From positions 28,604 through 92,603 of IMG/VR virus record IMGVR_UViG_3300033141_004852: a DNA stretch of 64,000 nucleotides; one strand, given 5' to 3'. The notes beneath the pieces are model-generated. The model was not told where the DNA came from and made no database searches. It worked only from the letters and a program-made list of their open reading frames with translations. How positions within the stretch are numbered: position 1 is the stretch's first letter; the number at the start of each line of letters is the position of its first letter. The DNA is from a virus. Both the position numbers and the translations under genes were made by a program. Below are positions 1 through 9,766 of the stretch, piece by piece.

Positions 1-1226
1 ACTAACACCGTCAACAACGTCGTGTCCATCAACTCCACGAAGTCCAAACGTTGGAGGAGATACCATTCCGCAGTATGATGGGGGTGTTTCTTCGCGAGCT
101 TACCCCACACCGTCACCGCGCAGAAAGCAGGACCAGGGTCAACAGCGACGAATACTCGCTCTACCGGATACGCTAACGTCGGGCGTGACGATTGCTGCAT
201 CAACAACTGAAGCAACAAATCCTCCGCGGGGATACCCGTCTGCGCCACCACTTGCGGGTTGAGTTCCACAACTGAGTAATCTGAAATCTCAGGCTCTACC
301 GTACACGCTTCATACACTCGCAGGGGGAAACATGCTGCCACCGGGTCCCCCCATTGCCCGAGAGTGTTCCGCTTCCCATCATTGGAATACTGAGTGACGA
401 CAATCCGCCCCGACTTCGTGCGGTAATATGTACACCCGTTTTCTTCCAACACGCCCAAGAACGATTCCTGGGTTACCTTCGCGGAGAGGAAGGACGGAAT
501 ACGACGCTTCCATCGATACCAACGCCCTGCTTTGTTGTGGCACATTTCCGCGTATTTCGTCGTCCGATTACCATCGGGGACCCCGTAGTATTGCCAACAC
601 GCATCCCGATCCTTGGGATCGAAGGGGATAATCAGATCGACGAGGAACGTCCACCCCTTATCGGGGATGTCCTGCACCTCGTCCCCCCGAGCCCTCCGAG
701 GATGCTCCCCCTTGTACCCAATACCGCCCCGCCCGGGGATCAACGCCCGCAACCCCCAGCCGTTCTTCGCCTTGATCTCCCGCTTAGATTGTCGAACCCC
801 GGGCTTGCGCGGGTCCTCCTGCATCCACCACTTGAAGAAGGGGTGATCCAGGAGAAGAGCCACGACCTCATTGTATACCCGCATAGCGTGCTGATCCGTC
901 GGGCCGAGAACCCCCGTCTCCTGGTTAGGGTAGTTGATCATATCGAAGGCGGTCGCCCCCTGCAACCCCACAGTCGTCTTCCCAATCGCACGCCCCGCTT
1001 CGCAGAGGACCATCGGCCACAAGAGGAAGTAATACTGGTAGTACCAGACATCACGGGCGTGCTCGTCATCGTTCCAGATATAGTCCGCCAACGGTGCCGT
1101 CGACGCCGGGTCGGGGAGGAGGAACATCTGGAAAAGTACCGGATCCGTGAGGATCTCCCACAATGCTAGATCCTCATAATCAGGGGTTCGCTCTACCTGC
1201 CCAACTGCATCGCTAATCACCGTCAT
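1..1226 (-). CDS. terL: Terminase large subunit (3' end runs off window)
   Basis: Manually translated; absent from the ORF track because it is open at the edge. Walker A 'CEAGRAIGKTT', Walker B 'RARGDEVQD' and RNase H-like 'VFVAVDPG'; ATG at 1226 overlaps the end of the upstream ORF. Confidence 0.85.
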   Translation of the reverse strand, partial: MTVISDAVGQVERTPDYEDLALWEILTDPVLFQMFLLPDPASTAPLADYIWNDDEHARDVWYYQYYFLLWPMVLCEAGRAIGKTTVGLQGATAFDMINYPNQETGVLGPTDQHAMRVYNEVVALLLDHPFFKWWMQEDPRKPGVRQSKREIKAKNGWGLRALIPGRGGIGYKGEHPRRARGDEVQDIPDKGWTFLVDLIIPFDPKDRDACWQYYGVPDGNRTTKYAEMCHNKAGRWYRWKRRIPSFLSAKVTQESFLGVLEENGCTYYRTKSGRIVVTQYSNDGKRNTLGQWGDPVAACFPLRVYEACTVEPEISDYSVVELNPQVVAQTGIPAEDLLLQLLMQQSSRPTLAYPVERVFVAVDPGPAFCAVTVWGKLAKKHPHHTAEWYLLQRLDFVELMDTTLLTVL

Positions 1227-2124
1227 CACCAAACACTTGTGCCGCGCCACCCTCCACTCCCGCGGGCGCATCATCCTCCGGCACCGGCGACAGCCCATCT
1301 GCCTGCCGCCACGCCTGCCACATTTGATCCACCCCGGGCACGGATGTCTTGAGGATACGGGCCGCATCCTCCAAAGTCAACTTCGGGCGCCCACACTCGC
1401 ACTTCTCCTCCAACATCTCCCGCACAGCCGTGCTCCAAATCGGGAAAGTCGGGTGGTTGAGGAAAGCATGAGACCACGGCGTGTGGACGATCTTCCACTC
1501 GGCGGGGATACCATTCCCCTTCAAGGCGGCTATCACCGTCTCCGCCAACACGGTGTCGATCCCACGCCGCTCTAGAATCTGCTGAAACTGCGTCCAGTCC
1601 GGTCGGTACTCCACGCTCATCAAAGCGTAAACCATCTGAATATGCCCACACGCTCGGCATGCATACGCCCGCTCCAAGCCGTGCTTTTCCATGAAGCGCC
1701 CCACCCGCTTCCGCAACGCTTCCACATAGCGCATCGGATCCTCGCGGTCCGCGGAGGATCCAACGATGCCCATCTTCACGTACATATCCAGGAGATCCCG
1801 GCGGAGTCGGCGCGCCTCAGAGCGGAATCCCGAACTCACCTTCAAGTTCGGTACGGGCTTCGCATCCTCCATGCGCGCCTTCGCATCCAGGCGCAGTACA
1901 TCCAACTGCATCTGCAACAACATCCGCAACAAATGAGCGTTTGATACCTGCTGGAAGCTCTGGTAGCCCTCAAGAAGATTACGGAGAGCACTCGCCATCT
2001 CCGCCCGAAACTCCGCAGGGCAGTCAAGACTCGAACCATCGGGGAGACGCAGATCATCCTCCGAGACTATGGGAGCCGTCGGATCAACCTTCCCCGTGAG
2101 AGTGGCTTTGGAACTCCGCCGCAT
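1213..2124 (-). CDS. Hypothetical protein with CxxC/CxC motifs, possible terminase small subunit
   Basis: 303-aa ORF directly upstream of and overlapping terL; helical N-terminus, CRACG, CECG and an HTH-like C-terminus. TerS call rests on position only. Confidence 0.4.
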   Translation of the reverse strand: MRRSSKATLTGKVDPTAPIVSEDDLRLPDGSSLDCPAEFRAEMASALRNLLEGYQSFQQVSNAHLLRMLLQMQLDVLRLDAKARMEDAKPVPNLKVSSGFRSEARRLRRDLLDMYVKMGIVGSSADREDPMRYVEALRKRVGRFMEKHGLERAYACRACGHIQMVYALMSVEYRPDWTQFQQILERRGIDTVLAETVIAALKGNGIPAEWKIVHTPWSHAFLNHPTFPIWSTAVREMLEEKCECGRPKLTLEDAARILKTSVPGVDQMWQAWRQADGLSPVPEDDAPAGVEGGAAQVFGDDGD

Positions 2125-2551
2125 CCGGCACCTCCTCTACTCGGTAGTAAATCTGCTTCAACCTCGCTTGTGCTACCACCTGTTCAATTCGACATCCCTT
2201 GGAATCACCCCACCCGGGAAGAAACAACACAGCATCGGAACGATACAGCCACGCAATATCTGCCGGAAGCACGCGGTCGTAATCCGCCCACCACTCCAAC
2301 TCCGCCCCGTACAGGGCCGTTACGTGCGGACAGTACACCGCCCAACCCTTACGAGATACCTCGAAGAAAGCAGCCACAGCCGCCGCAACGTTCCGTTCGA
2401 GAATCGCCCGCCGACACGCTGCATCCGCAGGCGGGCTAATCGGCCCCGCCAAGTACAATGTAGGTATCTCCAGAGCCTGCTTACCGTACATCTCCGCGAG
2501 ATCCCAAATATGATCGTCCGTGCCCTTGGGAACTACGATGTTATCACTCAT
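2084..2551 (-). CDS. DUF4406 / nucleoside deoxyribosyltransferase-like protein
   Basis: 'LYLAGPIS...CPH...DIAWLYRSDAVLFLPGWGDSKGCRIE' pattern; start taken at MSDNIVV. Confidence 0.7.
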   Translation of the reverse strand: MSDNIVVPKGTDDHIWDLAEMYGKQALEIPTLYLAGPISPPADAACRRAILERNVAAAVAAFFEVSRKGWAVYCPHVTALYGAELEWWADYDRVLPADIAWLYRSDAVLFLPGWGDSKGCRIEQVVAQARLKQIYYRVEEVPDAAEFQSHSHGEG

Positions 2552-3323
2552 CAGCACGCGGCCTCCAATCCCGAATCCGCCGCCACACCCCGCCAGGACA
2601 AGCATCCCACGACCAGAAGTTCGCTCCCAACAGCTTGGTATCATCGCACGCTTGGAGAAACACCTCGAACTTCTTGATCGCCTCCGATTGTTTATCCTCC
2701 GTCGGAGCACCCATCCCCGCCCAATATGCCGCGCCTGTGGGAATCAGAGGAATGTCGTCCCAGAAACCAACGTCTCGATACTGGCGGATACTCTCCGCCA
2801 ATGCCCACTTAGGATCATGTGAGTACCAATACACCTGCGGCATCACGAAGTCTACTTGGCGAGCGAACTCCCGCCAGGGAACACTCGCGTGCCGATGCGG
2901 GAGATAATACGATGAGAGGCCGATTCGCGTCTTCGCCCGCGCTCCCGACAACAACCGACATCGTAAGTGGCGGAGAAACTTCCGCACATCCTCGGGGTGG
3001 TTCTCCACCTCAACTTCCGCATCCACAACATACCAATCCACGTGATAATCATGGATGACCGACGCCGCCAACTCCGCTTCGAGAACATCCATTTCACAAG
3101 TGTGATACCCCCACAGCATAGGGATAATATCCGCTTCACGGAGTGCCCAAACTAGGTCCCCCAATTGCTGAGAATTGTAGCGATGTAGCCCCCGCGTCGT
3201 CGCCACCGCCTTGATCAGCACATACGACAACCCCGCGCGCTGCGCCTTCGCCACAATCTCCCCCACATCTCCCTCACATGCTTGGGAGATCTTCCAAATC
3301 CACATTCCCTTGCCAGTCAACAT
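2544..3323 (-). CDS. GH25-like TIM-barrel glycoside hydrolase, putative endolysin
   Basis: 'GKGMWIW...AGLSYVLIK...WGY...VVDAE...PQVYW' with a DxE catalytic-type motif. Confidence 0.6.
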   Translation of the reverse strand: MLTGKGMWIWKISQACEGDVGEIVAKAQRAGLSYVLIKAVATTRGLHRYNSQQLGDLVWALREADIIPMLWGYHTCEMDVLEAELAASVIHDYHVDWYVVDAEVEVENHPEDVRKFLRHLRCRLLSGARAKTRIGLSSYYLPHRHASVPWREFARQVDFVMPQVYWYSHDPKWALAESIRQYRDVGFWDDIPLIPTGAAYWAGMGAPTEDKQSEAIKKFEVFLQACDDTKLLGANFWSWDACPGGVWRRIRDWRPRADE

Positions 3324-3327
3324 AGCC

Positions 3328-3903
3328 TTACTCCTCGTCGGCAGTCACTCGCCGCAACGCCCCATCATCCTGAATCTGATAGACACGCAAGGCGCCGCAG
3401 CGAACGAACTCCCGGGACAGGTCGTCGTACCACAACCCCACACCCAGCGTCTCCTGGACAATAATGTCCCTAACGCCGACCTCCACCAAAAAGGCACAGC
3501 ACTTCCCACACGGCACCCCACAGTCACAAACAAGCACCGACCTCGCCAAGGTCTCTGGGGACACCCCCACATCCAGTGCTTTCCACACGGTACGCACCTC
3601 CGCATGTATGGCGGGGCAACCAGAGAGATCACTGCGGAAGGCGCGTCGGTTGAGAGGCCAGCGACAACCCATAGCGCACAAACCACTCGCCGCCGCAGGC
3701 GGTCCGTTCCAGCCCTCAGCAATAAGTGCCGCTTTCCGCGTTACCAGCACGCACCCAATCAGGCGGGAGTAGCATGTTCCAGTCCACACACCTACTTGGT
3801 GTGCCCGCCGAAACAAAGACGGTAGCCGCTCCACTAACTCACGATGATTGCTCAGATCGTCTTCTAGCTCGGCGTCGCTCAGCCTTTCGTCGGTTGTACT
3901 CAC
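3328..3903 (-). CDS. dCMP/cytidine deaminase
   Basis: 'EGWNG', 'HAE' and 'PCGKC' zinc motifs; GTG start at 3903 after a GGAGAGG RBS. Confidence 0.85.
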   Translation of the reverse strand: MSTTDERLSDAELEDDLSNHRELVERLPSLFRRAHQVGVWTGTCYSRLIGCVLVTRKAALIAEGWNGPPAAASGLCAMGCRWPLNRRAFRSDLSGCPAIHAEVRTVWKALDVGVSPETLARSVLVCDCGVPCGKCCAFLVEVGVRDIIVQETLGVGLWYDDLSREFVRCGALRVYQIQDDGALRRVTADEE

Positions 3904-4285
3904 GAATCCTCTCCTTCCGACACTTCTCACAGAGTTTCTTCCCCTTCTCACGCGGGCGGTTACAGGAGATACACCGCCAAATACCAAGTTGGCGGCGAAG
4001 TTCCCGCAGATGGCTCACCGAATACCCGGTAGCCCGCGCCACCTCGTCAAGCGTCAACCCCGAACGAAGGAGCCGGCGCGCCATCTTAGCATAGTCGGGG
4101 AGTCCCAGAGTCTTTCTCCCACCCGCGCGACTAACTACCTGCTGCACGTAGGAACGGCTGACGCCTACCTTACGCGCCACCGCAGCGTAGCGACCGCGGT
4201 ACATGGGGTCCAGGCCCGTCAGAAGTTCGAGGACCTGATCCTTCTTCGATTTACCAGTAGTGGGAGCCATTACGCACCTCATCAT
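3839..4285 (-). CDS. HTH DNA-binding protein with C-terminal zinc finger
   Basis: Two HTH-like segments (VARKVGVSRSYV; EVARATGYSVSHL) plus CISC/CEKC. Confidence 0.55.
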   Translation of the reverse strand: MMRCVMAPTTGKSKKDQVLELLTGLDPMYRGRYAAVARKVGVSRSYVQQVVSRAGGRKTLGLPDYAKMARRLLRSGLTLDEVARATGYSVSHLRELRRQLGIWRCISCNRPREKGKKLCEKCRKERIREYNRRKAERRRARRRSEQSS

Positions 4286-4421
4286 GCCAATGCGGACGTT
4301 GTGTAAAGTCCGTGTTCTGTTGTCGTCGTTGCGAACTCGGCAGGTTGTATCGCTTCGATTGCTCGTTGAGGATGTGGAATACCACCCAAACGAGAAAGCC
4401 CAGGATCACGATGCCCCACAT
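4251..4421 (-). CDS. Small single-TM membrane protein (56 aa)
   Basis: Manual translation MWGIVILGFLVWVVFHILNEQ...; fills the gap between neighbouring genes. Confidence 0.5.
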   Translation of the reverse strand: MWGIVILGFLVWVVFHILNEQSKRYNLPSSQRRQQNTDFTQRPHWHDEVRNGSHYW

Positions 4422-4907
4422 CTAGATCACCACCTCGTCGGTGCCGTATGCCTTCCCCACCTTCTGGCGAACAGCCTCCGCCACAGTCGTCTGCGACTCA
4501 CGTAGCCGCATCGCCACCACAATCGCCGCCAACCAGAGAATGTCCTGCAACGACTCCACCCAATCCTCGTTGGCGGGCGAGACCTCGCCCTTCCCAAGAA
4601 TCCGCGAGCGAGTATCTTGTCCGATTAGATTGAGGAGGCGGATTGCCTTCTCCCCCAACCGCCGCGCCGGGGCGTGCCAAGGAGGACTCCCCTCACTCCG
4701 CGCCTGTGCAGTGTAATTCCAGAAGGTGTCCCCATCCGTGCCGTAGTCCTGCCCCTTCCGCACCGCCAACCCCGACACCACATCCAACATCGCCGCCACC
4801 GCGAGCACGCGGTCGGGGGGCATCTGCTGCAACTGCGCCAGTAGTTCATCGAAGTCGATGGTGAAGGGCCCGGCTACCAACGTTCGGTCTCGAATCTGCG
4901 CCGTCAT
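4422..4907 (-). CDS. DUF1599 / nucleotide-modification-associated domain protein
   Basis: 'RKGQDYG...NY...EKAIRLLNL...ESLQD' pattern. Confidence 0.65.
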   Translation of the reverse strand: MTAQIRDRTLVAGPFTIDFDELLAQLQQMPPDRVLAVAAMLDVVSGLAVRKGQDYGTDGDTFWNYTAQARSEGSPPWHAPARRLGEKAIRLLNLIGQDTRSRILGKGEVSPANEDWVESLQDILWLAAIVVAMRLRESQTTVAEAVRQKVGKAYGTDEVVI

Positions 4908-4973
4908 CGCAAACCTCCTCCAGGAGATGTGTGAGGGCCCGCCAGAAACGACGGGCCCCCGGCCAAGTGTGCA

Positions 4974-5483
4974 TCAGAACCGCACGGAAACCCCTGCGGC
5001 TACAGCCACGGCCCAGTTCGGCAGGCCGATCGGATCAAGGGTGTAAGAGCTGAGTTCATCGGGGACGAACTCCACGTAGATATTCAGCGAAGCACCCCGA
5101 ACGCTTCCTGCTTTAGTGCCCACTCCCATGCCGAGACGCCCCTTCGCCGGTTCCTTGGTCAGGACCCCGATGTTTCCCAAGAAAGGGGCGCCGTCGTAGC
5201 TACCGAAGCCGGCCTGCACGCCGGATAACACATTCGTGTCTCGGTCACCAGTTACGTACAGTAGATTCCCTGCATCAGGGGATTTGACCGCATCGGCGAG
5301 GAAACTCGCCCCCTCGGCCACCGCACCAGTCGCCACGACACCCGTATCCAGGGTATCGAGCAGGAACTCCGACAGCACGCTCGCCGTCGCCGGAGTCGTA
5401 GTCATGCTCACCATGCAAACGAGCAGGACCGTCAGCAACAACCATCGCATGAGTCGCATAGCGACCTCCTTCCGCCCCATCAT
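4974..5483 (-). CDS. Secreted/outer-membrane-like protein
   Basis: N-terminal signal peptide (RWLLLTVLLVCMVS...ATA) and a C-terminal beta-strand ending in Phe (AGVSVRF). Confidence 0.5.
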   Translation of the reverse strand: MMGRKEVAMRLMRWLLLTVLLVCMVSMTTTPATASVLSEFLLDTLDTGVVATGAVAEGASFLADAVKSPDAGNLLYVTGDRDTNVLSGVQAGFGSYDGAPFLGNIGVLTKEPAKGRLGMGVGTKAGSVRGASLNIYVEFVPDELSSYTLDPIGLPNWAVAVAAGVSVRF

Positions 5484-6490
5484 GTATGGGACACGTAGTC
5501 TAGTACGCGGTCCACGAACCGCGGCACGTCCTCACACGCAAAATCATAAGCCGGTGGAATCGTACCCCCGGGATCACTCATACTCGCCCCGTGCCGTACC
5601 GAGTACACGAACAACTGCGCCCGGTTCTCAGCGGCGCGGGAGAGAGCCCATCGCATCGCCCAGTGATTCCCGACATCCACCACGTACTCCACCGCCCGCT
5701 CCAGAAGTTCCACCGCCCCGAGATCATCGATACTCACCCACGGCTGCCGCTGCGGTGGCTTCGTCACATCCGCCGCATCGAGGGCAATCACCACATCGGC
5801 ATAGACACTATCCCGCGAGCCGTCAGCGGGACGCGGGTGTGGATTATCATGCAACAACGACAACAACGGGAGCGCGCACCCAACCCCACCGTCCCAGTAC
5901 CCACATGGTCGCCGAACTCCCGCCTGTGCCCCCACAATAGTCTCATGCCGGAAACCAAAGGGAATCGCCGTACTCGCGCGCACCGCCTGCGCCACCTCCA
6001 CCGGCTCGGGAGTCAACTGCGGGCCCATCATCGTCGTGACTCCGCAGTTGATGTTCCAAGCGGGAATGTACAATGCCGTCGACAAATCCTCAAAAGTGAC
6101 ACGCCCTATATGCCTACGCACCCACTCACGGATCTTGCCCCCCTCCAAGATTCCCGTAAACCCGGGGAGGAACTTCCGCTTCCACAAACTACGAAAGAGA
6201 GCGGTGTACACTCGACGACGGTTCCAATCCTCCCACACCGCACGAGAAGTAATGCCCAACAACGCCCGCTCCATATCCGCCGCAGGAAGACCCCGTGCGG
6301 CCAATGCCGCCCACGGCGCCGAACCACTCGACCCCGCATACGCCACCACGCGCCGCCGAAGCCCACGCCGCTCGAACTCGCGTACCAACGCCACGTACGC
6401 AGCAGCGGGCTTCAAACCACCGATAGAGCCTGTAATCGCAAAGGTATGCTTAGTCACCGAGCGCTCACCCACGTTTTCCCTTTCCCGCAT
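5480..6490 (-). CDS. Patatin-like phospholipase
   Basis: Gly-rich loop, nucleophile elbow 'AGSSGS', 'AVRASTAIP' and 'WDGGV'. Confidence 0.8.
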   Translation of the reverse strand: MRERENVGERSVTKHTFAITGSIGGLKPAAAYVALVREFERRGLRRRVVAYAGSSGSAPWAALAARGLPAADMERALLGITSRAVWEDWNRRRVYTALFRSLWKRKFLPGFTGILEGGKIREWVRRHIGRVTFEDLSTALYIPAWNINCGVTTMMGPQLTPEPVEVAQAVRASTAIPFGFRHETIVGAQAGVRRPCGYWDGGVGCALPLLSLLHDNPHPRPADGSRDSVYADVVIALDAADVTKPPQRQPWVSIDDLGAVELLERAVEYVVDVGNHWAMRWALSRAAENRAQLFVYSVRHGASMSDPGGTIPPAYDFACEDVPRFVDRVLDYVSHT

Positions 6491-6872
6491 TCTCCCGTTC
6501 CCACTTCTTCATCGCACTCCGCACAGCCGTCTGTTCGTGCTGCGCCTGCAACTGCTCGATCACTTCACCCTTCGACATTCTCTGCCAATCCGCCGTGCGT
6601 GAGCGAACTCCGCAGATCCCACACGTCAGATACTTCGGCAAAGGATCCGCAAACCGACGGATTCCCCGCTCACAACGAGGACAACGAAGCCCGAACGGGG
6701 GCGCTGGCGCATCATCGGTTACCATGATCTTCTGCTCCTTTGAGAACGAAGGTAGTAGGTGATACCACTGTGGTCCGGTATCTTCGAGTCCTACCCGCCA
6801 CACCTTGGGCATATCGACCCCGCACAGAAGCGCTCGAAGTCGCGTCTGGTTCCCGTAGGGGAACTTTGGCAC
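6465..6872 (-). CDS. Zinc-ribbon hypothetical protein
   Basis: CPRC...CGIC motifs. Confidence 0.4.
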   Translation of the reverse strand: MPKFPYGNQTRLRALLCGVDMPKVWRVGLEDTGPQWYHLLPSFSKEQKIMVTDDAPAPPFGLRCPRCERGIRRFADPLPKYLTCGICGVRSRTADWQRMSKGEVIEQLQAQHEQTAVRSAMKKWERENAGKGKRG

Positions 6873-6911
6873 GAGGTCTCAGCGCGGCCTGCCTCCTCTC
6901 ACCCACTACTT

Positions 6912-7442
6912 TCAAAATACTGTACCATCCAACGTCTGCAATACCATTCGCGCCGCTTTCCGCGCACGGCACAAACGCACCCGCTCCTTCCCGCGCAGAC
7001 TCTCACCCACCAGAGCCCTCTGAAGAATCTCCTGATAGTGCCGTGGCAACTGCGAGCAAACAGCGCCGAACAAACAACGCGCCACAGCATCGGCCTCCAC
7101 ATTTACTCCCGCACTCACCGCCCCCCGTTCTCCCGTCGGCAACATCCGTATCTCCGCATCCTCATCCGGCAACTCCATAACGGGATGGACACTCATCGCC
7201 CGCACCCAATTACTCGCCGCGCCCCGCAGCGACGCCCACACGTAGCCCCATTGTTCCCGAAGTGAGCGTGTACTATCAACCCGCGGAAGAATCAACGCAT
7301 ACAACGCCTCGATCAACGCCTCCTCCAGATCCTGATACTCAACTTCATCCTGCACCGGCAACCATTTCCGACTAAGCCTCCCCACAACTACCAACCACGT
7401 CTCCCCCGATACATCCTTCGGTGCTACCTCTTCCAGAAACAT
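6912..7442 (-). CDS. Divergent sigma-70/ECF-like factor
   Basis: Region 2-like 'QDLEE...WGYVW' and region 4-like 'QLPRHYQEIL...VRLCRARK'. Confidence 0.5.
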   Translation of the reverse strand: MFLEEVAPKDVSGETWLVVVGRLSRKWLPVQDEVEYQDLEEALIEALYALILPRVDSTRSLREQWGYVWASLRGAASNWVRAMSVHPVMELPDEDAEIRMLPTGERGAVSAGVNVEADAVARCLFGAVCSQLPRHYQEILQRALVGESLRGKERVRLCRARKAARMVLQTLDGTVF

Positions 7443-7451
7443 TCTGGCCTC

Positions 7452-7784
7452 CTAAGCCGCCCACTGCAATCGCTTCGCACCACAGAGTGGGCACCGTTTA
7501 TCCATCAACATCGCATCGGGTTTCAACAACACCCGCGACGTTCGTCCACACGCACGACACAACACCTCCGGCAACTCCTGGAGGAATTGCCGCACCCGCT
7601 CCGTCCGCAAGTACACCACCGAGGGTCCGCGTGTACCTCCGCTGAATAGCACTTCCGCCGTCAACCCCCGGACCAACAGGGTCCGCTTCCCGCTGGCAGC
7701 CCGTCCGAGTATCACCGTGAAACCGGGGCTACCTACGCGCTCCGCGTCTCGACATCTCCTTTCCAAGTCCACTAGACTCACCAT
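7452..7784 (-). CDS. Hypothetical protein with C-terminal zinc ribbon
   Basis: CRAC...CPLC motifs. Confidence 0.45.
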   Translation of the reverse strand: MVSLVDLERRCRDAERVGSPGFTVILGRAASGKRTLLVRGLTAEVLFSGGTRGPSVVYLRTERVRQFLQELPEVLCRACGRTSRVLLKPDAMLMDKRCPLCGAKRLQWAA

Positions 7785-7786
7785 TA

Positions 7787-7815
7787 TCTATACCACATTT
7801 AGCCTGAAATGTCAA
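7787..7815 (-). promoter_or_regulatory. Sigma70-type promoter
   Basis: Minus strand TTGACA-N17-TATAGA with TGG immediately before the -10, same layout as the right-arm promoters. Confidence 0.6.
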
Positions 7816-8176
7816 GTGCTAATTTCACCCGCTGGAGAGACCGTACCCGCTCAATAGGTACTTCCAGAAGTCGCGACGCCGACTCGTGGTCCCAGGGCAT
7901 CAACGCCTGACACTTTGCCTCCGCCGCACGGTAGTTCGTCCGCACAGCACCCTGAAGCCACCGTAGGGCGTCCTGCGCCAACACCACCGAAGTCCTCGCC
8001 CCACTCAGATAGCGCCGGTACAAATTAGCGCGCACCAAATCGGCAGTCCACGGCCACACCCAAGACCAACGGCGGTCCACCAACCCTAGCGGAAACGCGT
8101 CGTCAAAAAGCCCCGATACACCATACTCGATCAGGAGATCTCTGCCATCGGCGTCGAGGAATTGGTAGCTATGCAC
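7799..8176 (-). CDS. Hypothetical protein
   Basis: 125-aa ORF in the tightly packed minus-strand operon. Confidence 0.45.
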   Translation of the reverse strand: MHSYQFLDADGRDLLIEYGVSGLFDDAFPLGLVDRRWSWVWPWTADLVRANLYRRYLSGARTSVVLAQDALRWLQGAVRTNYRAAEAKCQALMPWDHESASRLLEVPIERVRSLQRVKLALDISG

Positions 8177-8619
8177 GGCGCATGTTCTCCCTGTCGCGGA
8201 ACCACGCGAATATACACATACAACCCCACTTGCTCGTCCTTATCGGGGTAGAATTGCCACACTTCCGCCTGCACACATACTCGCGGATATTGAAGCCACT
8301 CAGACACCTGAGTCGCCACCCCCCGCTCCCACTGATCCCGCGCATCCTCCCCACAGTTCGGACAATGAGAATACTCGTAATCGGGGAATGTCTGCTCGCA
8401 AACATGACACAGCGCGCGGTTCGGAAGGTAGCCGACAAACTGCCACCCATCACCTACCCAAGCATGGACTTGCACTGCATGGGAATCATGGGAGTTTTCC
8501 GGTTCGGGGACCAACTGCAACACATGCGGCCACATCCGCCGAAATCTCCCGAGGGCCCCCTGTACCTCCGGGCGGCGAGTCCCAACCAAGTGAGTATACC
8601 AGAAACGGAGGATTTTCAT
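8131..8619 (-). CDS. HIRAN-domain protein with zinc-ribbon insertion
   Basis: 'LVPEPENSHDSHAVQV...VGYLP' HIRAN signature; CHVC/CPNC insert. Confidence 0.75.
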   Translation of the reverse strand: MKILRFWYTHLVGTRRPEVQGALGRFRRMWPHVLQLVPEPENSHDSHAVQVHAWVGDGWQFVGYLPNRALCHVCEQTFPDYEYSHCPNCGEDARDQWERGVATQVSEWLQYPRVCVQAEVWQFYPDKDEQVGLYVYIRVVPRQGEHAPCIATNSSTPMAEIS

Positions 8620-9407
8620 GGCGACGCTCCCGCTACTGCATACTTCGTCTGATCATCGTCACCCATACACCAACGCCGCACCCGCTCCACCGACCGGCGT
8701 ATCCGCGCAGCAACCGTAGAAGCCGGGAGTCGATACCCAATAGCCAACTCCCGATACGACTGCTCATCCACATAGTATCCCCACACCAACTCACGATCAA
8801 GTGGTGGGAGGCGTTGCAGTCCATCCATCACCGCCACGCGACGAAGAATCCGATCCTCGAAACGCTCCCCCGTCTCCGAAGTCACCACATCCTGCAAGGT
8901 AGCGGGGGTTCCACTCTCACCACTATCCAGTGGTAAGTCAAGGCTCGTGACATTGGTGCAGATGTACCAGATCTGCGAGAGGCGCTCCACCATCTCCCCC
9001 GTAATTTGCTTCCCCAATACGGTGGCCTGCACATCTACCGCAATTTCCTCCGGGGTGGGTTGTCGGCGGAGCTGATCCGCCAACCGCTCCTGTGAGCGGT
9101 GAATCTTTGACATGATCTCCTGAATCCACGCAGGGCGCCGGATAAGGCGTCCCCGATCCCGGAGGTAATGCTGCATCCCACTGCGGCCGCGGTTCACCAA
9201 CCAGGTCACGATAGACGACTTACTCGGGTCGAACCACGCCATCCCACTAAGTGCCGACACCCACCCGGCCTGCACAAGATCTGCCCACTCATCCCGCGGC
9301 GCGCCCCACTTCCTCGCCAGATACCAAAGCGACTGCGTCACCTGGGCGATAACCAGAGGATTCAGATCCGACAGCGGAGAATCATCGGTAGCCATGCTAC
9401 TCAACAC
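8616..9407 (-). CDS. RNA polymerase sigma-70 family factor (SigB/F/G-like)
   Basis: 'DLVQAG...FDPSK', 'RQPTPEEIA', 'SLDLPL' and region 4 'LPPLDRELV...SYRELA'. Confidence 0.85.
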   Translation of the reverse strand: MLSSMATDDSPLSDLNPLVIAQVTQSLWYLARKWGAPRDEWADLVQAGWVSALSGMAWFDPSKSSIVTWLVNRGRSGMQHYLRDRGRLIRRPAWIQEIMSKIHRSQERLADQLRRQPTPEEIAVDVQATVLGKQITGEMVERLSQIWYICTNVTSLDLPLDSGESGTPATLQDVVTSETGERFEDRILRRVAVMDGLQRLPPLDRELVWGYYVDEQSYRELAIGYRLPASTVAARIRRSVERVRRWCMGDDDQTKYAVAGASP

Positions 9408-9763
9408 CCCTTACCATGTCGCAAAGGTCTGCACTCGTTGACACCCATTTTCCGCTCCACCGCCGCGCCCATATCCATCCCAACCGCTGCCGTGAGATCG
9501 AGGAGGCGAATCAACGTGTCGGCGAGTTCCTCCTCGATAGCATGGCGCGCAGCCTCATCTCGACGAGGCAGCCAGAGTCGGTAGGCTTCCATCGCCTCCC
9601 CCAATTCCGTGACAATCAACATGAGTTTCTCGGGGAAGTTATGCCAGCCGGTAGTGAATCCCTTCCTCTGCCGCCAGTCGGTGATATATTCCGAAAGCGA
9701 GCGTAATGCTCGCCGCACCCGTCGCCAGTCAGCCTGTGTCAACCTCGTACCATTCTCCATCAT
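9401..9763 (-). CDS. MazG-like NTP pyrophosphohydrolase
   Basis: 'LIVTELGEAMEA...EEELADTLIRLLD...KMGVNECR'. Confidence 0.8.
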   Translation of the reverse strand: MMENGTRLTQADWRRVRRALRSLSEYITDWRQRKGFTTGWHNFPEKLMLIVTELGEAMEAYRLWLPRRDEAARHAIEEELADTLIRLLDLTAAVGMDMGAAVERKMGVNECRPLRHGKGC

Positions 9764-9766
9764 GTA

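Noticed and set aside
354-1169. Long + strand ORF (271 aa), and similar shadow ORFs such as 5591-6727 (+), 38874-39854 (-), 49957-50859 (-) and 50274-50972 (-)
   Set aside because: They are antisense to genes with clear motifs (terL, patatin, helicase, SSB) and are expected artefacts of high GC.
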